The notes below the pieces were generated by a model, which saw nothing but the letters and a program-made list of their open reading frames with translations, had not been told where the DNA came from and searched no databases. Position numbers and translations under genes: made by a program. Below are positions 48,235 through 57,109 of a stretch of DNA of 64,000 nucleotides, in pieces. Every line of letters starts with the position of its first letter. The first letter of the stretch is position 1. This DNA is from a bacterium (GTDB taxonomy: Bacteria; Hydrothermota; Tepidihabitantia; SM23-42; JAOAFX01). The stretch lies in NCBI GenBank assembly GCA_036382775.1, contig DASVHD010000028.1:6306-70305 (forward strand), written 5' to 3'.

Positions 48235-49059
48235 CTAAATGTAGACGCCCAGCATTCTAAGAAAAAGTATGACGCGGTCGCCGAATAGCGCCATTACCAG
48301 CCCGCCCAGGCTTAAAAAAGGGCCGAATGGGATAGGGCTTTCGCGGTGTTTTTTAGTGACCAGCAGGTAGACAATGCCAAATAAGGACCCCGCAATAGCG
48401 CCGATGAAAACGGCGATGATAATACGGGGAAAGGCGATGAATGCGCCGATCATAGCGGTCAGGAACACATCGCCCATGCCCATGACCTCTTTTTTGTATG
48501 CCCAGCCGCCCAGCACGCGGATGAGCAGTATCAGCCCCCCGCCAAAGAACGCGCCGATAAGACCAAGCCAGAAATTGCCATACAAAATCTGGAACACCAA
48601 TCCCAGCAGGATCCCGGGCAGGGAAATAATGCTCGGTATTATCTGGTGGGTAAAATCGATCCCCGAGATGACGATCAGACTGCAAATGAAGACCAGGTAA
48701 AAGATCAATGCCAGGCTGAAACCGTACTGATGGTATAAGAACAAAAACGCCAAACCGGTGAGAAGTTCGACCAGCGGATACTGCCATGATATCGGTTTTC
48801 GGCAATGCGCACATTTTCCGCCCAGAAAGACATAGCTCAGCAGCGGGATATTTTCATACCAGCGGATGGGCTTGCGGCAGTGGGGGCAGAACGAATTGGG
48901 ACGGATGATCGACACCGACCGCGGCAGCCGGTAGATCAGCACGTTTAAAAATGAACCGAAGACGAGCCCGAATATAAAGGAAAAAACCGTGTAGAGAATC
49001 GTCACTTTTTCGGGCTCTGCAACCGGAAATCGAAATAGACCGTATAGGAATCCAGGCAC
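48235..49059 (-). CDS. pilD: prepilin peptidase (A24 family)
   Basis: N-terminal Cys-x2-Cys...Cys-x2-Cys zinc module (CPHCRKPIRWYENIPLLSYVFLGGKCAHCRKPI), polytopic membrane, conserved Asp regions. Confidence 0.8.
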   Translation of the reverse strand: MPGFLYGLFRFPVAEPEKVTILYTVFSFIFGLVFGSFLNVLIYRLPRSVSIIRPNSFCPHCRKPIRWYENIPLLSYVFLGGKCAHCRKPISWQYPLVELLTGLAFLFLYHQYGFSLALIFYLVFICSLIVISGIDFTHQIIPSIISLPGILLGLVFQILYGNFWLGLIGAFFGGGLILLIRVLGGWAYKKEVMGMGDVFLTAMIGAFIAFPRIIIAVFIGAIAGSLFGIVYLLVTKKHRESPIPFGPFLSLGGLVMALFGDRVILFLRMLGVYI

Positions 49060-49430
49060 TTGTGGACCGCCTCGATGCTCTCACCAATGGTTGCCAGCAC
49101 TTCCTCATATGAACAGTGACTCATCTTGGGCATGGAAAATACGGCTTTCTTCAATCCCGGGACAAGCGCTGAAGCAACGATATCATGCTCGGCCAGGCTG
49201 ATGAAAACATCGGCGTTGTTTCGCGGTCTTCTCAGTTCTTTTTCCTCAATGATCCTGTTACCCATGTCAACCAGGGATTTGATCATACCGTAAAAAAGAT
49301 ATTTCACTTTCTCGATCACCTTCACACTCTGGGGAGAATTCATTTCCGGTGGTTTTTTTATGGTGGCTTTGATCTCTTCAATATTTTTCAGCATTCTGTC
49401 GTACTGCGCCCTTGATATACCGAGGTTCAT
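49002..49430 (-). CDS. hypothetical protein (weak HEPN/DUF86-like resemblance, unverified)
   Basis: 142 aa soluble; overlaps pilD start by 58 nt so true start may be internal. Confidence 0.35.
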   Translation of the reverse strand: MNLGISRAQYDRMLKNIEEIKATIKKPPEMNSPQSVKVIEKVKYLFYGMIKSLVDMGNRIIEEKELRRPRNNADVFISLAEHDIVASALVPGLKKAVFSMPKMSHCSYEEVLATIGESIEAVHKCLDSYTVYFDFRLQSPKK

Positions 49431-49490
49431 TTACGCTAATTATATGTGATAAAGAGCCCTTGTCAATGCGTTCCAAGCGGAGTGGGGGTT

Positions 49491-49530
49491 TAAAAAAACA
49501 AAAGGGGGAGGATTAACCTCCCCCTTTAGC
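49491..49530 (-). terminator. intrinsic terminator for the mini-gene (GC hairpin AAAGGGGGAGG..CCTCCCCCTTT + U-run on minus strand)
   Basis: minus-strand GCUAAAGGGGGAGGUUAAUCCUCCCCCUUUUGUUUUUUU immediately after stop codon of 49537..49608. Confidence 0.6.
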
Positions 49531-49536
49531 TATAAA

Positions 49537-49608
49537 TTACTTTTTCCGTTTCTTTTTCTTCTTTGTTGTTTTCTTCTTAGTTTTTTTCTTTGCACCGCAC
49601 GCTTTCAT
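49537..49608 (-). CDS. 23-aa polylysine peptide MKACGAKKKTKKKTTKKKKKRKK (stand-alone mini-gene)
   Basis: ATG preceded by AAAGGAGGT 5 nt upstream; upstream TTGACA-16-TATACT promoter; downstream intrinsic terminator; net charge about +17. Confidence 0.5.
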   Translation of the reverse strand: MKACGAKKKTKKKTTKKKKKRKK

Positions 49609-49627
49609 TATACCTCCTTTATGCAAT

Positions 49628-49655
49628 AGTATAATCATCATTCATATTTTGTCAA
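49628..49655 (-). promoter_or_regulatory. sigma70-like promoter TTGACA-16-TATACT for the polylysine mini-gene
   Basis: minus-strand cTTGACAaaatatgaatgatgatTATACTattgcataaAGGAGGtataATG. Confidence 0.45.
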
Positions 49656-49711
49656 GAACTATTTTAAGATTTCCAGATAATCCAGAAATTTTTGTTGGCG
49701 CCTCGCGGGTC

Positions 49712-49739
49712 TTGACAAACAGGTCTTTTTTATTATATT
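49712..49739 (+). promoter_or_regulatory. promoter TTGACA-16-TATATT for the plus-strand T9SS cargo locus
   Basis: TTGACA 49712-49717, TATATT about 49734-49739, AAGGAG SD before ATG 49766. Confidence 0.4.
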
Positions 49740-49765
49740 AAATATAGATATAAAAAAGGAGCGGT

Positions 49766-49879
49766 ATGAAAAATTCTGTCAATCTTCTGAATGTTATTAT
49801 CATGCTGGCGGCTTTGCTGTGCTTGACCTTTGCTGCCCAGCGCGTCGTAGCCGTGGAAATGATCACGGACGAAACTTGA
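49766..49879 (+). other. signal-peptide-encoding ORF (37 codons) in frame with the downstream T9SS cargo gene, separated by one TGA
   Basis: MKNSVNLLNVIIMLAALLCLTFAAQRVVAVEMITDET-TGA-TACGSAS-MALDQ...; same reading frame as 49901..50812. Confidence 0.45.
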
Positions 49880-49900
49880 ACAGCGTGCGGCAGTGCCAGT

Positions 49901-50812
49901 ATGGCACTAGACCAGATCATATGGAACCATCCCGGTCAGATCGCCGCCGTTGACGTGCATTACCCGGCCGGCAATCATTTCTACCTGCAGGAAGCGACCG
50001 AACGAATTCAATACTATCCACCGCCGTTCGCCGGCATGTACGTGCCGCCATGGATGTGGTTCGACGGTAACAACCACAGCAGCATGGATTATTCGATCTG
50101 GGAATCACTCATCGTAGACCGCATGAGCGAAGAAGCGCCCGTGACCATAACCATGGACGGTGCTTATTCGACCGGCGATGACACCGGTACGGTTTTCGTG
50201 AATATCCGGAATGATTCGACGGCAGAGATCTCCGGACGCGTGATCATCGTCATCACCGAAGATAGCCTTGTTTATGCGGCTCCCAATGGAGTGATGGTCC
50301 ACAACAGCGTGCCCAGGGATTATATCCCGGACGACAGCGGAACGACCGTCACCATCCCGGCCGGTGATTCGGTCACCGTAACGCAGGCTATCATCGCAAG
50401 TTCCGGTTGGGTCGATGCCAATCTCAACCTGCTGGCCTGGATCCAGAACGATATCGAGCAGCCCGACTCCACAAAAGAAATCTGGCAGAGCGCCATTGTA
50501 AAACTCGTTGAACTCGGGATCGCTGAGCATGGAGCACCGGCGGCGCGGTCGATCCTGCAGCCGGCGCCGAATCCTTGCGTGGATGGCACGTCGTTCTTGT
50601 TCAGCCTGGCGCCGGGCGAGCGCTACTCGATCCGTCTTTTTGACATTGCTGGACGTGAGATCAGGACTTACACCGGCACCGCGCGCGATACCCGGGAACG
50701 CGTGTACTGGAACCTTAAAGACAAACATGGCGATGCCGTGGCTCAGGGCGTTTATTTTTATCGTTTTGACAGCGGCAACAGCGCTGCAACCGGGAAGATC
50801 GTCGTTCGCTGA
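49901..50812 (+). CDS. T9SS C-terminal-sorting-domain protein lacking its own signal peptide (probable 3' part of an interrupted gene)
   Basis: C-terminal CTD (YSIRLFDIAGREIRTY...AQGVYFYRF); no N-terminal signal in this ORF. Confidence 0.6.
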   Translation: MALDQIIWNHPGQIAAVDVHYPAGNHFYLQEATERIQYYPPPFAGMYVPPWMWFDGNNHSSMDYSIWESLIVDRMSEEAPVTITMDGAYSTGDDTGTVFVNIRNDSTAEISGRVIIVITEDSLVYAAPNGVMVHNSVPRDYIPDDSGTTVTIPAGDSVTVTQAIIASSGWVDANLNLLAWIQNDIEQPDSTKEIWQSAIVKLVELGIAEHGAPAARSILQPAPNPCVDGTSFLFSLAPGERYSIRLFDIAGREIRTYTGTARDTRERVYWNLKDKHGDAVAQGVYFYRFDSGNSAATGKIVVR

Positions 50813-50866
50813 TCGGCTGATCGCAGTTATTTTTCGGCTAAGGCACAGGGATCCAGATCCTGTGCC

Positions 50867-51952
50867 TTATTCTTTTGACAGCACCTGATCCAGCGGAAGC
50901 TCTTTCTGGAACTCGTAGATCTCCTTGATCATCCGCTTGATATCATAGGTGTACTGCCAGCCGGGATAGTCATGCTGGAATTTTTTCACGCTGCTGATGT
51001 ACCAGATGTGATCGCCGATCCGGTTCTTATCCTCATACTTGTAGACAAGCTTCTTGCCGGATAACTCCTCGATATCGTCGATGGCTTCGAGGATCGAACA
51101 ATTACTATGCCGGCTGCCGCCCATGTTGTAGACCGCGGCGACCCTGGGTTTGCGGAAAAAATGATAGAACGCGTTCACCAAGTCGTATGAATGGATGTTA
51201 TCCCTGACTTGTTTACCTTTGTAACCGAATACATGATACGTTATCCCGGCGATGCCGCACCGCACCAGATACGAAAGGAAACCGTGCAGCCTTGTGCCTG
51301 AATGCGCCGGACCGGTCAGGCAGCCGCCGCGGAAACAAACCGTCTTCATGTTAAAGTACCGGCCGTACTCCTGAACCAGCACGTCGGCCGCTACCTTGGA
51401 CGCGCCGAATAAAGAATGCAGGCAACCGTCAATGCTCATCGTCTCGTCGATGCCGTCATTGTACGGATGGTCTTTTCTGATCTCATACCGCTTTTCCTGC
51501 TCGACCAACGGGAGCCGGTTCGGCGTATCGCCGTAGACCTTGTTCGTGGAAACAAAAATGAACACCGCTTCCGGCGCGAACTGGCGTGTCGCTTCCAGCA
51601 GATTCAGGGTTCCGTTGGCGTTCACGCCGAAATCAGTGAACGGCTCCTTGGCCGCCCAGTCGTGGGACGGCTGCGCCGCGCAGTGGATCACGATCTCCGG
51701 TTTGGATTCCTTGAATACCTTTGATAGTTCTTCAAAGTTCCTAATATCGATATTTTTATGGCGGTAATTAGCGGGGTAACGGCTGGTCAGGCGGTCCCGC
51801 ATCCATTGGGTGGAAGCTTCCTTGCCGAAAAAATACGCCCGCAGATCGTTATCTATGCCGATGATGTCAAATCCCTTGTCGATAAAAAAAGATACGGACT
51901 CGGAACCGATAAGTCCGGCAGAACCCGTTATAATGGCCGTGCTTTTATTCAT
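50867..51952 (-). CDS. NAD-dependent sugar-nucleotide epimerase/dehydratase (extended SDR, CDP-paratose 2-epimerase-like)
   Basis: TGSAGLIGS Rossmann motif, catalytic YxxxK region; 361 aa. Confidence 0.7.
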   Translation of the reverse strand: MNKSTAIITGSAGLIGSESVSFFIDKGFDIIGIDNDLRAYFFGKEASTQWMRDRLTSRYPANYRHKNIDIRNFEELSKVFKESKPEIVIHCAAQPSHDWAAKEPFTDFGVNANGTLNLLEATRQFAPEAVFIFVSTNKVYGDTPNRLPLVEQEKRYEIRKDHPYNDGIDETMSIDGCLHSLFGASKVAADVLVQEYGRYFNMKTVCFRGGCLTGPAHSGTRLHGFLSYLVRCGIAGITYHVFGYKGKQVRDNIHSYDLVNAFYHFFRKPRVAAVYNMGGSRHSNCSILEAIDDIEELSGKKLVYKYEDKNRIGDHIWYISSVKKFQHDYPGWQYTYDIKRMIKEIYEFQKELPLDQVLSKE

Positions 51953-53132
51953 TGTCCATCTCTCCTTTGCGCATTAACTCAGCTTTGACATGTTTGAATA
52001 TCGTCCCGGTACCGTTCAGGCTGCGATGCCCAAGTTCCCATGCTTTTTCATGCATGCGCCGGTACATGTCACTGGACCCGAGGATCGCGGCAAGCGGCGC
52101 GGTCAGTTCATCCGGCGAACTGACCCATTCGCCGGCGCCGTTCGCCTTGAGAAAGTGCGCGAACCGGTGCTCCTGGGCAGAACCCGCGCGGGGCGTGATG
52201 ACGACCATGGGTCGCCCGAGACCGAGACCTTCAGCCATGGTCACGGAACCTGGCTTGCTCACGATAACATCGGCTGCCCACATGAATTCATGCATATTTG
52301 ACACCGCGCCGAACAGATGCAGGGGCCACCGCGCGCGTGTTTTGAGCGCCTGCGCTTTGATAAAGTCCTTCTCGTTCTTTCCAAAAATGACCGCCAACTG
52401 GACGGGCGATTCGATCTGCATGATCGCCTTGATCGCGGTATGGAAATCGACCATGGTGCCGAGCAGTCCGCCGATCAGCAGGACCGTCGGTTTATCGGGT
52501 AGCAGCCCCAGCGATCGCCTGACTTCCTTCACGTCACTTTTAGTGACCGGCAAAAATCCGGCGCGCAGCGGCATACCGGAAACCGTGATCCTGTCGACCG
52601 CGACCTGGTAGGTAAGAAGTTCATCGCGCAGCGGTTCGTTCATCACGTAGTAACGGTCGATCGCCTTGTTCACCCACAACCCGTGGACCGCCAGATCGAT
52701 AATAATGGTATGCATAGGTACGTTGAAAAAATCCTTCAAGCGCCCGGCTACGACGTTTACCTCTGGCTGCAGTGAAACGATGATGTCGGGCTGTCCGAAC
52801 TTGTGCTTCAGTTTCTGAAAGGTCGCGCTCATGGAAAAGATCATGCCTTCGGCAAAACGGTATCCGCCCAGCATTACCTCGTTCTGCTTCTGCAGGTTCT
52901 TATAACCGCTCTTGAACAGACCCTTGAGCTTGAGATCGCCCAGCCTTCCCAGCGCGTCGGTCCGTGAGCCGGCGGGCGAGTAATCAAGCAGGTTCATGAT
53001 CTCCGGAACGAACTGTCCGTTCCCCGCTTCCTTGACGTAATCGTAAAAGGCAAAGCTCGGATAGGTGTGCCCGCCCTTCCGCGAACAGTACATGACCCAG
53101 ATCTTTTTAAGCCGCTTGTGAGCCATAAGTTT
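51945..53132 (-). CDS. GT28-family glycosyltransferase (MGDG synthase/UgtP-like diacylglycerol glycosyltransferase)
   Basis: [21 protein letters not shown]-terminal motif of MGDG_synth domain, C-terminal Glyco_tran_28_C; start set at internal Met (track ORF extends to 53240). Confidence 0.6.
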   Translation of the reverse strand, partial: KLMAHKRLKKIWVMYCSRKGGHTYPSFAFYDYVKEAGNGQFVPEIMNLLDYSPAGSRTDALGRLGDLKLKGLFKSGYKNLQKQNEVMLGGYRFAEGMIFSMSATFQKLKHKFGQPDIIVSLQPEVNVVAGRLKDFFNVPMHTIIIDLAVHGLWVNKAIDRYYVMNEPLRDELLTYQVAVDRITVSGMPLRAGFLPVTKSDVKEVRRSLGLLPDKPTVLLIGGLLGTMVDFHTAIKAIMQIESPVQLAVIFGKNEKDFIKAQALKTRARWPLHLFGAVSNMHEFMWAADVIVSKPGSVTMAEGLGLGRPMVVITPRAGSAQEHRFAHFLKANGAGEWVSSPDELTAPLAAILGSSDMYRRMHEKAWELGHRSLNGTGTIFKHVKAELMRKGEMDNE

Positions 53133-53233
53133 GAAAGTACTCGTACTATAATCAGAAAAACCGCTGAAGTCAATAACCAGCGCTGCCGTATCGCTCCTTG
53201 ACTTGCCCGCGAATCCGTATACACTATGGCGCC

Positions 53234-54484
53234 ATGTCACTTGTATTGCTAAGCGCTGTACTGTTCAACGCAAACGCCGTCTACATCGGCGAATTCAGCG
53301 GTCCGATCACGCCCGCCTCGAGCGCGTATTTTCTAGAGGCGATCACCCAGGCCGAGAACGACAGCGCGTCGTGCCTTATCATAAAAATGGATACGCCGGG
53401 TGGCCTCGACGAATCCATGCGGGAAATAACCAAGCGTATTCTCAACGCGTCCGTGCCCGTAGTTGTCTACGTCGCGCCCAAAGGCGCACGCGCGGCATCA
53501 GCCGGCGTCTTTATCCTGTACGCGAGCCACGTCGCGGCGATGGCGCCGGGTACCAATGTCGGCGCCGCGCACCCGGTAGGATTGGGCGGTGAGAAACAGG
53601 ACAGCGTCATGATCGGCAAGGTGACCAACGATGCGGTCGCGTATCTGCAATCGCTGGCCAAGGAACGGCATCGGAACATTGCCTGGGCCGAGCAGGCTGT
53701 GCGCCAGAGCGTCTCCGTGGACGCGGACACAGCGCTCAAACTCGGGATCTGCGAGATCATTGCCCCCAACGATCAGGACCTTATCGCCCAGCTTGACGGA
53801 CGGCAGGTCGTCGTTAACGAAGACACGCTGACCCTGACGGTCGCGTCGGCGCCGGTCAAGAAAGTCGTAATGTCATTCCGGGACCGCCTGCTCCTGATAA
53901 TCACCAACCCCAATATCGCTTATATCCTGCTCCTCCTTGGTATTTATGGATTGTTCTTTGAATTGCAGCATCCGGGACTTATTTTTCCGGGCGTGGTCGG
54001 CGGCATCTGTCTTATTCTCGCCTTCTACGCGCTTCACATCCTGCCGGTGAACTACGCCGGAGTAGCCCTTATTGTTTTATCGGCCATCTTTTTCATTATT
54101 GAAATATACCTTACGTCGCACGGGCTGGCGACTATCGGCGGCGTTATCGCGCTGGTCATCGGCTCGGTCATTCTGTTCAATAGCAATGTACCGTTCCTGC
54201 GTGTTTCATGGGAGGTGATCATGCTCGTTGCCATAATCATTGTCGCGTTCGTGGTGCTGATGCTGATCATGGGTATCGGCGCCCAGTTCCGCAAACCCGC
54301 CAGCGGCAAGGAAGGGATGGTCGGCGAATCCGGCATCGCCAAGACCGAGATCGATTCTGAAGGCGGAACGGTTTTTGTCCACGGCGAATTATGGAACGCC
54401 GTCAGCGACAAACCCATCAAGAAAAACAGCCGGGTCAAGGTCGTAAACGCTTCCGGGGTGCTTCTGAAAGTCGAGCCCCTGTAA
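53234..54484 (+). CDS. NfeD-family membrane-bound ClpP-class serine protease
   Basis: N-terminal ClpP-like domain (IKMDTPGGLDESMREITKRI...YVAPKGARAASAGVFILYASHVAAMAPGTNVGAAHPV), 4 TM, C-terminal OB-fold beta domain; start at internal Met. Confidence 0.75.
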   Translation: MSLVLLSAVLFNANAVYIGEFSGPITPASSAYFLEAITQAENDSASCLIIKMDTPGGLDESMREITKRILNASVPVVVYVAPKGARAASAGVFILYASHVAAMAPGTNVGAAHPVGLGGEKQDSVMIGKVTNDAVAYLQSLAKERHRNIAWAEQAVRQSVSVDADTALKLGICEIIAPNDQDLIAQLDGRQVVVNEDTLTLTVASAPVKKVVMSFRDRLLLIITNPNIAYILLLLGIYGLFFELQHPGLIFPGVVGGICLILAFYALHILPVNYAGVALIVLSAIFFIIEIYLTSHGLATIGGVIALVIGSVILFNSNVPFLRVSWEVIMLVAIIIVAFVVLMLIMGIGAQFRKPASGKEGMVGESGIAKTEIDSEGGTVFVHGELWNAVSDKPIKKNSRVKVVNASGVLLKVEPL

Positions 54485-55203
54485 TGGCGTGGATCCTGCT
54501 CTGCGCTGCGTTTGAGACCTCACTATTCCCGGCCAGCGATTTTCTCGAAGCCCGCTTTAACCCGGCATATCACGCCCGGACCCGCACTGAATTCTCTATC
54601 ACCGCGGACGAACGTTTCAGTCTGTCCGACCTGAGTACCTATACTGCCCGGTCGCAAATCAGGAACCTGGCGTTTGAAGTTACACGATTCGGCAATAGCC
54701 TGTACCGCGAAAATAGCCTGACGTTCGGATACGGGTTTGCCATCCGCGGCACCCTGCATGCCGGAGTCGATGTCTCGGCTTTGAACTGCTGGATAAAAGA
54801 CCTTTCCAGCCGGTATTCATACGCGGTCCGTTGCGGGGCATGTTTCGCGTCTCCTACTGGCGAGCTTGGCTTGTGGCTGAACAATTTGAACATTCCGCGG
54901 TTCAGCGAAACCGACCGCGTACCGCTGACCTACGGCGCGCGCGGGGTCTACGCGGTGAACACCGTCCTTTCCTGCCGGTTATCCGCCCGGTCCACGGAAA
55001 CGCAGGTTCCTTTTCTCAATATCGGAATCGGTATTGTCCCGGGCTCGCTCCTGGCGTTAGACCTTGGTGTCAATTCCGACCCGCTCTGGCTTGAATATGG
55101 TTGTACCGTTCGGCTGGGAACGCTGGCCGTGAACTACTCCGGGCATAACCATCAGCAGCTGGGACTCACCCACGCATTGACACTCCTGTTCAGTTCGCAT
55201 TGA
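54484..55203 (+). CDS. hypothetical outer-membrane beta-barrel-like protein
   Basis: N-terminal signal-like segment, alternating beta-strand pattern; start ATG overlaps NfeD stop (TAATG). Confidence 0.4.
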   Translation: MAWILLCAAFETSLFPASDFLEARFNPAYHARTRTEFSITADERFSLSDLSTYTARSQIRNLAFEVTRFGNSLYRENSLTFGYGFAIRGTLHAGVDVSALNCWIKDLSSRYSYAVRCGACFASPTGELGLWLNNLNIPRFSETDRVPLTYGARGVYAVNTVLSCRLSARSTETQVPFLNIGIGIVPGSLLALDLGVNSDPLWLEYGCTVRLGTLAVNYSGHNHQQLGLTHALTLLFSSH

Positions 55204-55214
55204 TCTGACATAAA

Positions 55215-56942
55215 GTGACGCTCCTGCTTATTCTGCTCGTTACGAGCACTGACATTTTTGAAACCGAGGAAACCAGGGATTACAACCTGATCATCGCCGA
55301 AACCGATTACCTGAAAGCCCACCCCATCGATATTAATTCCGCAACGATCGATGATCTCATGAGGATACCATACTTGAGCGCCGGTGACTGCATGCGGATA
55401 ATCGATCTCAGGAACAAAACGGGCAGGATAAATTCCTGGGAAGAACTGGCTTCCAGCCGGCAGGTCGACCGGCTGACGATCAGCCGCATCAAACCGTACC
55501 TTACCTTTGCGGCCAAGCCGTACCGTCTTGAGATATTGAAGTCGCGCCTGCGATGGCGCCAGGCGGTCAGCGATCAGCACGCCAATGATTATTACACGCG
55601 CAGCCAGGCGCTGTTTGCCGGTCATCATAACCTGTTCCTTGTATCCGAGCAGGACGCCGGCGAGAGCTCGTTCTTTGATTACTGGGCTGGAGGCCTGCTC
55701 GTGAATGACGGCAAACGCAGGTTCGCGATGGGAGCCTATGATCTCGACCTGGGCTCAGGCGTGATGCTGTCCTCGGTCGGTTCGATCTTCCAGGCAACTG
55801 ATTTCCGGGTCGCGAGCGTTGAACGGGGCATCGTGCCGTACACATCGGCGATGGAGAACAACGCGTTTTTCGGCGCCGCTTACGGCGACTCGCTGCTGGT
55901 CCCCTTTACGCTGTTCTTTTCCGACCACAAACTCGACGGCCGGGTCGATACCGCCGACATCGCCTGGTCCCTGGATATGACCGGCGATCACAGCGACTCT
56001 GCCGGGCTCGCCAGAAAAGACCGCATCGATGAAGAAATCATGGGTTATGACGTCGGGTATGCGGTCTCCGGCCTGGTCATAGGGCACCGCTCTTACGTCT
56101 GCACTTACACCCCGCAGTTCGCGACTAAGGATTCGCTGTTTGGATTCTACGGACGGCAGTTCTGGATGTCGGGTTTCAGCGCCCGCTACAAAAGCAATAA
56201 CTTCATTCTTTTTTCCGAAGCCGCGCGCGCAAACCAGAATCGCCTGGGCGGTCTGTTCGGACTGGGCAGCATATTCCCTCACCGCACGGAATTCAGCGTT
56301 GCGGGCAAGTATTTTCCGGCCGGGTATTACTCGCCGAAGGGCGTGGAAGCCCGCGATGATTATTTCGGCCTGACCGCGGACATCGGCCAGACATCGTTCA
56401 TCGCCCGGCTGGGCGCGACCTTGAACATCAGCAGTCCGGCCTCTGCCGAGTCGACCAGTTACGATTTGAAGTTCAATTTCGAAAAAAACATGACCATTAT
56501 CGATTCCAAAATCCAGCTGCGCTGGAAAACGCTCGAAACCGACCGCGAGCTTTCGGGTGCCAAGATCTTCGTCCGCTTCAGACCGACCGGCTGGTTATAC
56601 TGCGACGTTCGCCTTGAAGAAAAACATGTTTACACCGATGATGACTCGCTGGACAGGGGGATGTTCATATCGTGCGACCTGGGTGTCGACGCGGAGCGGT
56701 TTGATATTAAAACGCGTTATGGCGTTTTTGACACGGATTCGTATGGCGCGCGGATCTTTGCCTATGAACCTGACCTGCCGGGTGTCATCAGCAACCGGAT
56801 ACTGTACGGTCAGGGACAGTACGGGATCCTTTATCTCTCGGTGAAGCCGGTAAAGCAAATGTCGGTAAGCGTCAAGTGCACCGCGCTTCGCAAGGTTGTA
56901 ACGAACTATTACATTGGCATGCAGGTCGATTTTAATTTGTAG
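55215..56942 (+). CDS. ComEA-like helix-hairpin-helix domain fused to a large (~470-aa) beta-rich/putative beta-barrel domain
   Basis: DINSATIDDLMRIPYLSAGDCMRIIDLRNKTGRINSWEEL...VDRLTISRIKPYLTF matches tandem HhH of ComEA; remainder beta-rich with frequent aromatic/Gly strands. Confidence 0.5.
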   Translation: MTLLLILLVTSTDIFETEETRDYNLIIAETDYLKAHPIDINSATIDDLMRIPYLSAGDCMRIIDLRNKTGRINSWEELASSRQVDRLTISRIKPYLTFAAKPYRLEILKSRLRWRQAVSDQHANDYYTRSQALFAGHHNLFLVSEQDAGESSFFDYWAGGLLVNDGKRRFAMGAYDLDLGSGVMLSSVGSIFQATDFRVASVERGIVPYTSAMENNAFFGAAYGDSLLVPFTLFFSDHKLDGRVDTADIAWSLDMTGDHSDSAGLARKDRIDEEIMGYDVGYAVSGLVIGHRSYVCTYTPQFATKDSLFGFYGRQFWMSGFSARYKSNNFILFSEAARANQNRLGGLFGLGSIFPHRTEFSVAGKYFPAGYYSPKGVEARDDYFGLTADIGQTSFIARLGATLNISSPASAESTSYDLKFNFEKNMTIIDSKIQLRWKTLETDRELSGAKIFVRFRPTGWLYCDVRLEEKHVYTDDDSLDRGMFISCDLGVDAERFDIKTRYGVFDTDSYGARIFAYEPDLPGVISNRILYGQGQYGILYLSVKPVKQMSVSVKCTALRKVVTNYYIGMQVDFNL

Positions 56943-57109
56943 TCTGACACCGATATAAATTGTTTGATTGATCACCTTTTTGCAAACCTGAAGGTTTGCC
57001 CTACCTTGTCATTCCCGCGCATGCGGGAATCCAGATGTTTATGACCCTGGACTCCTGATTTCTCGGGAGTGACAGAAAAAATGAATCGCGACAAAAGAAA
57101 TAATTAGTA

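Noticed and set aside
49877-49879. In-frame TGA as selenocysteine or as evidence of an alternative genetic code
   Set aside because: There is no convincing SECIS-like element and no redox-motif context for Sec. TGA terminates several conserved genes in this window with correctly positioned downstream starts, so genome-wide UGA recoding is implausible.
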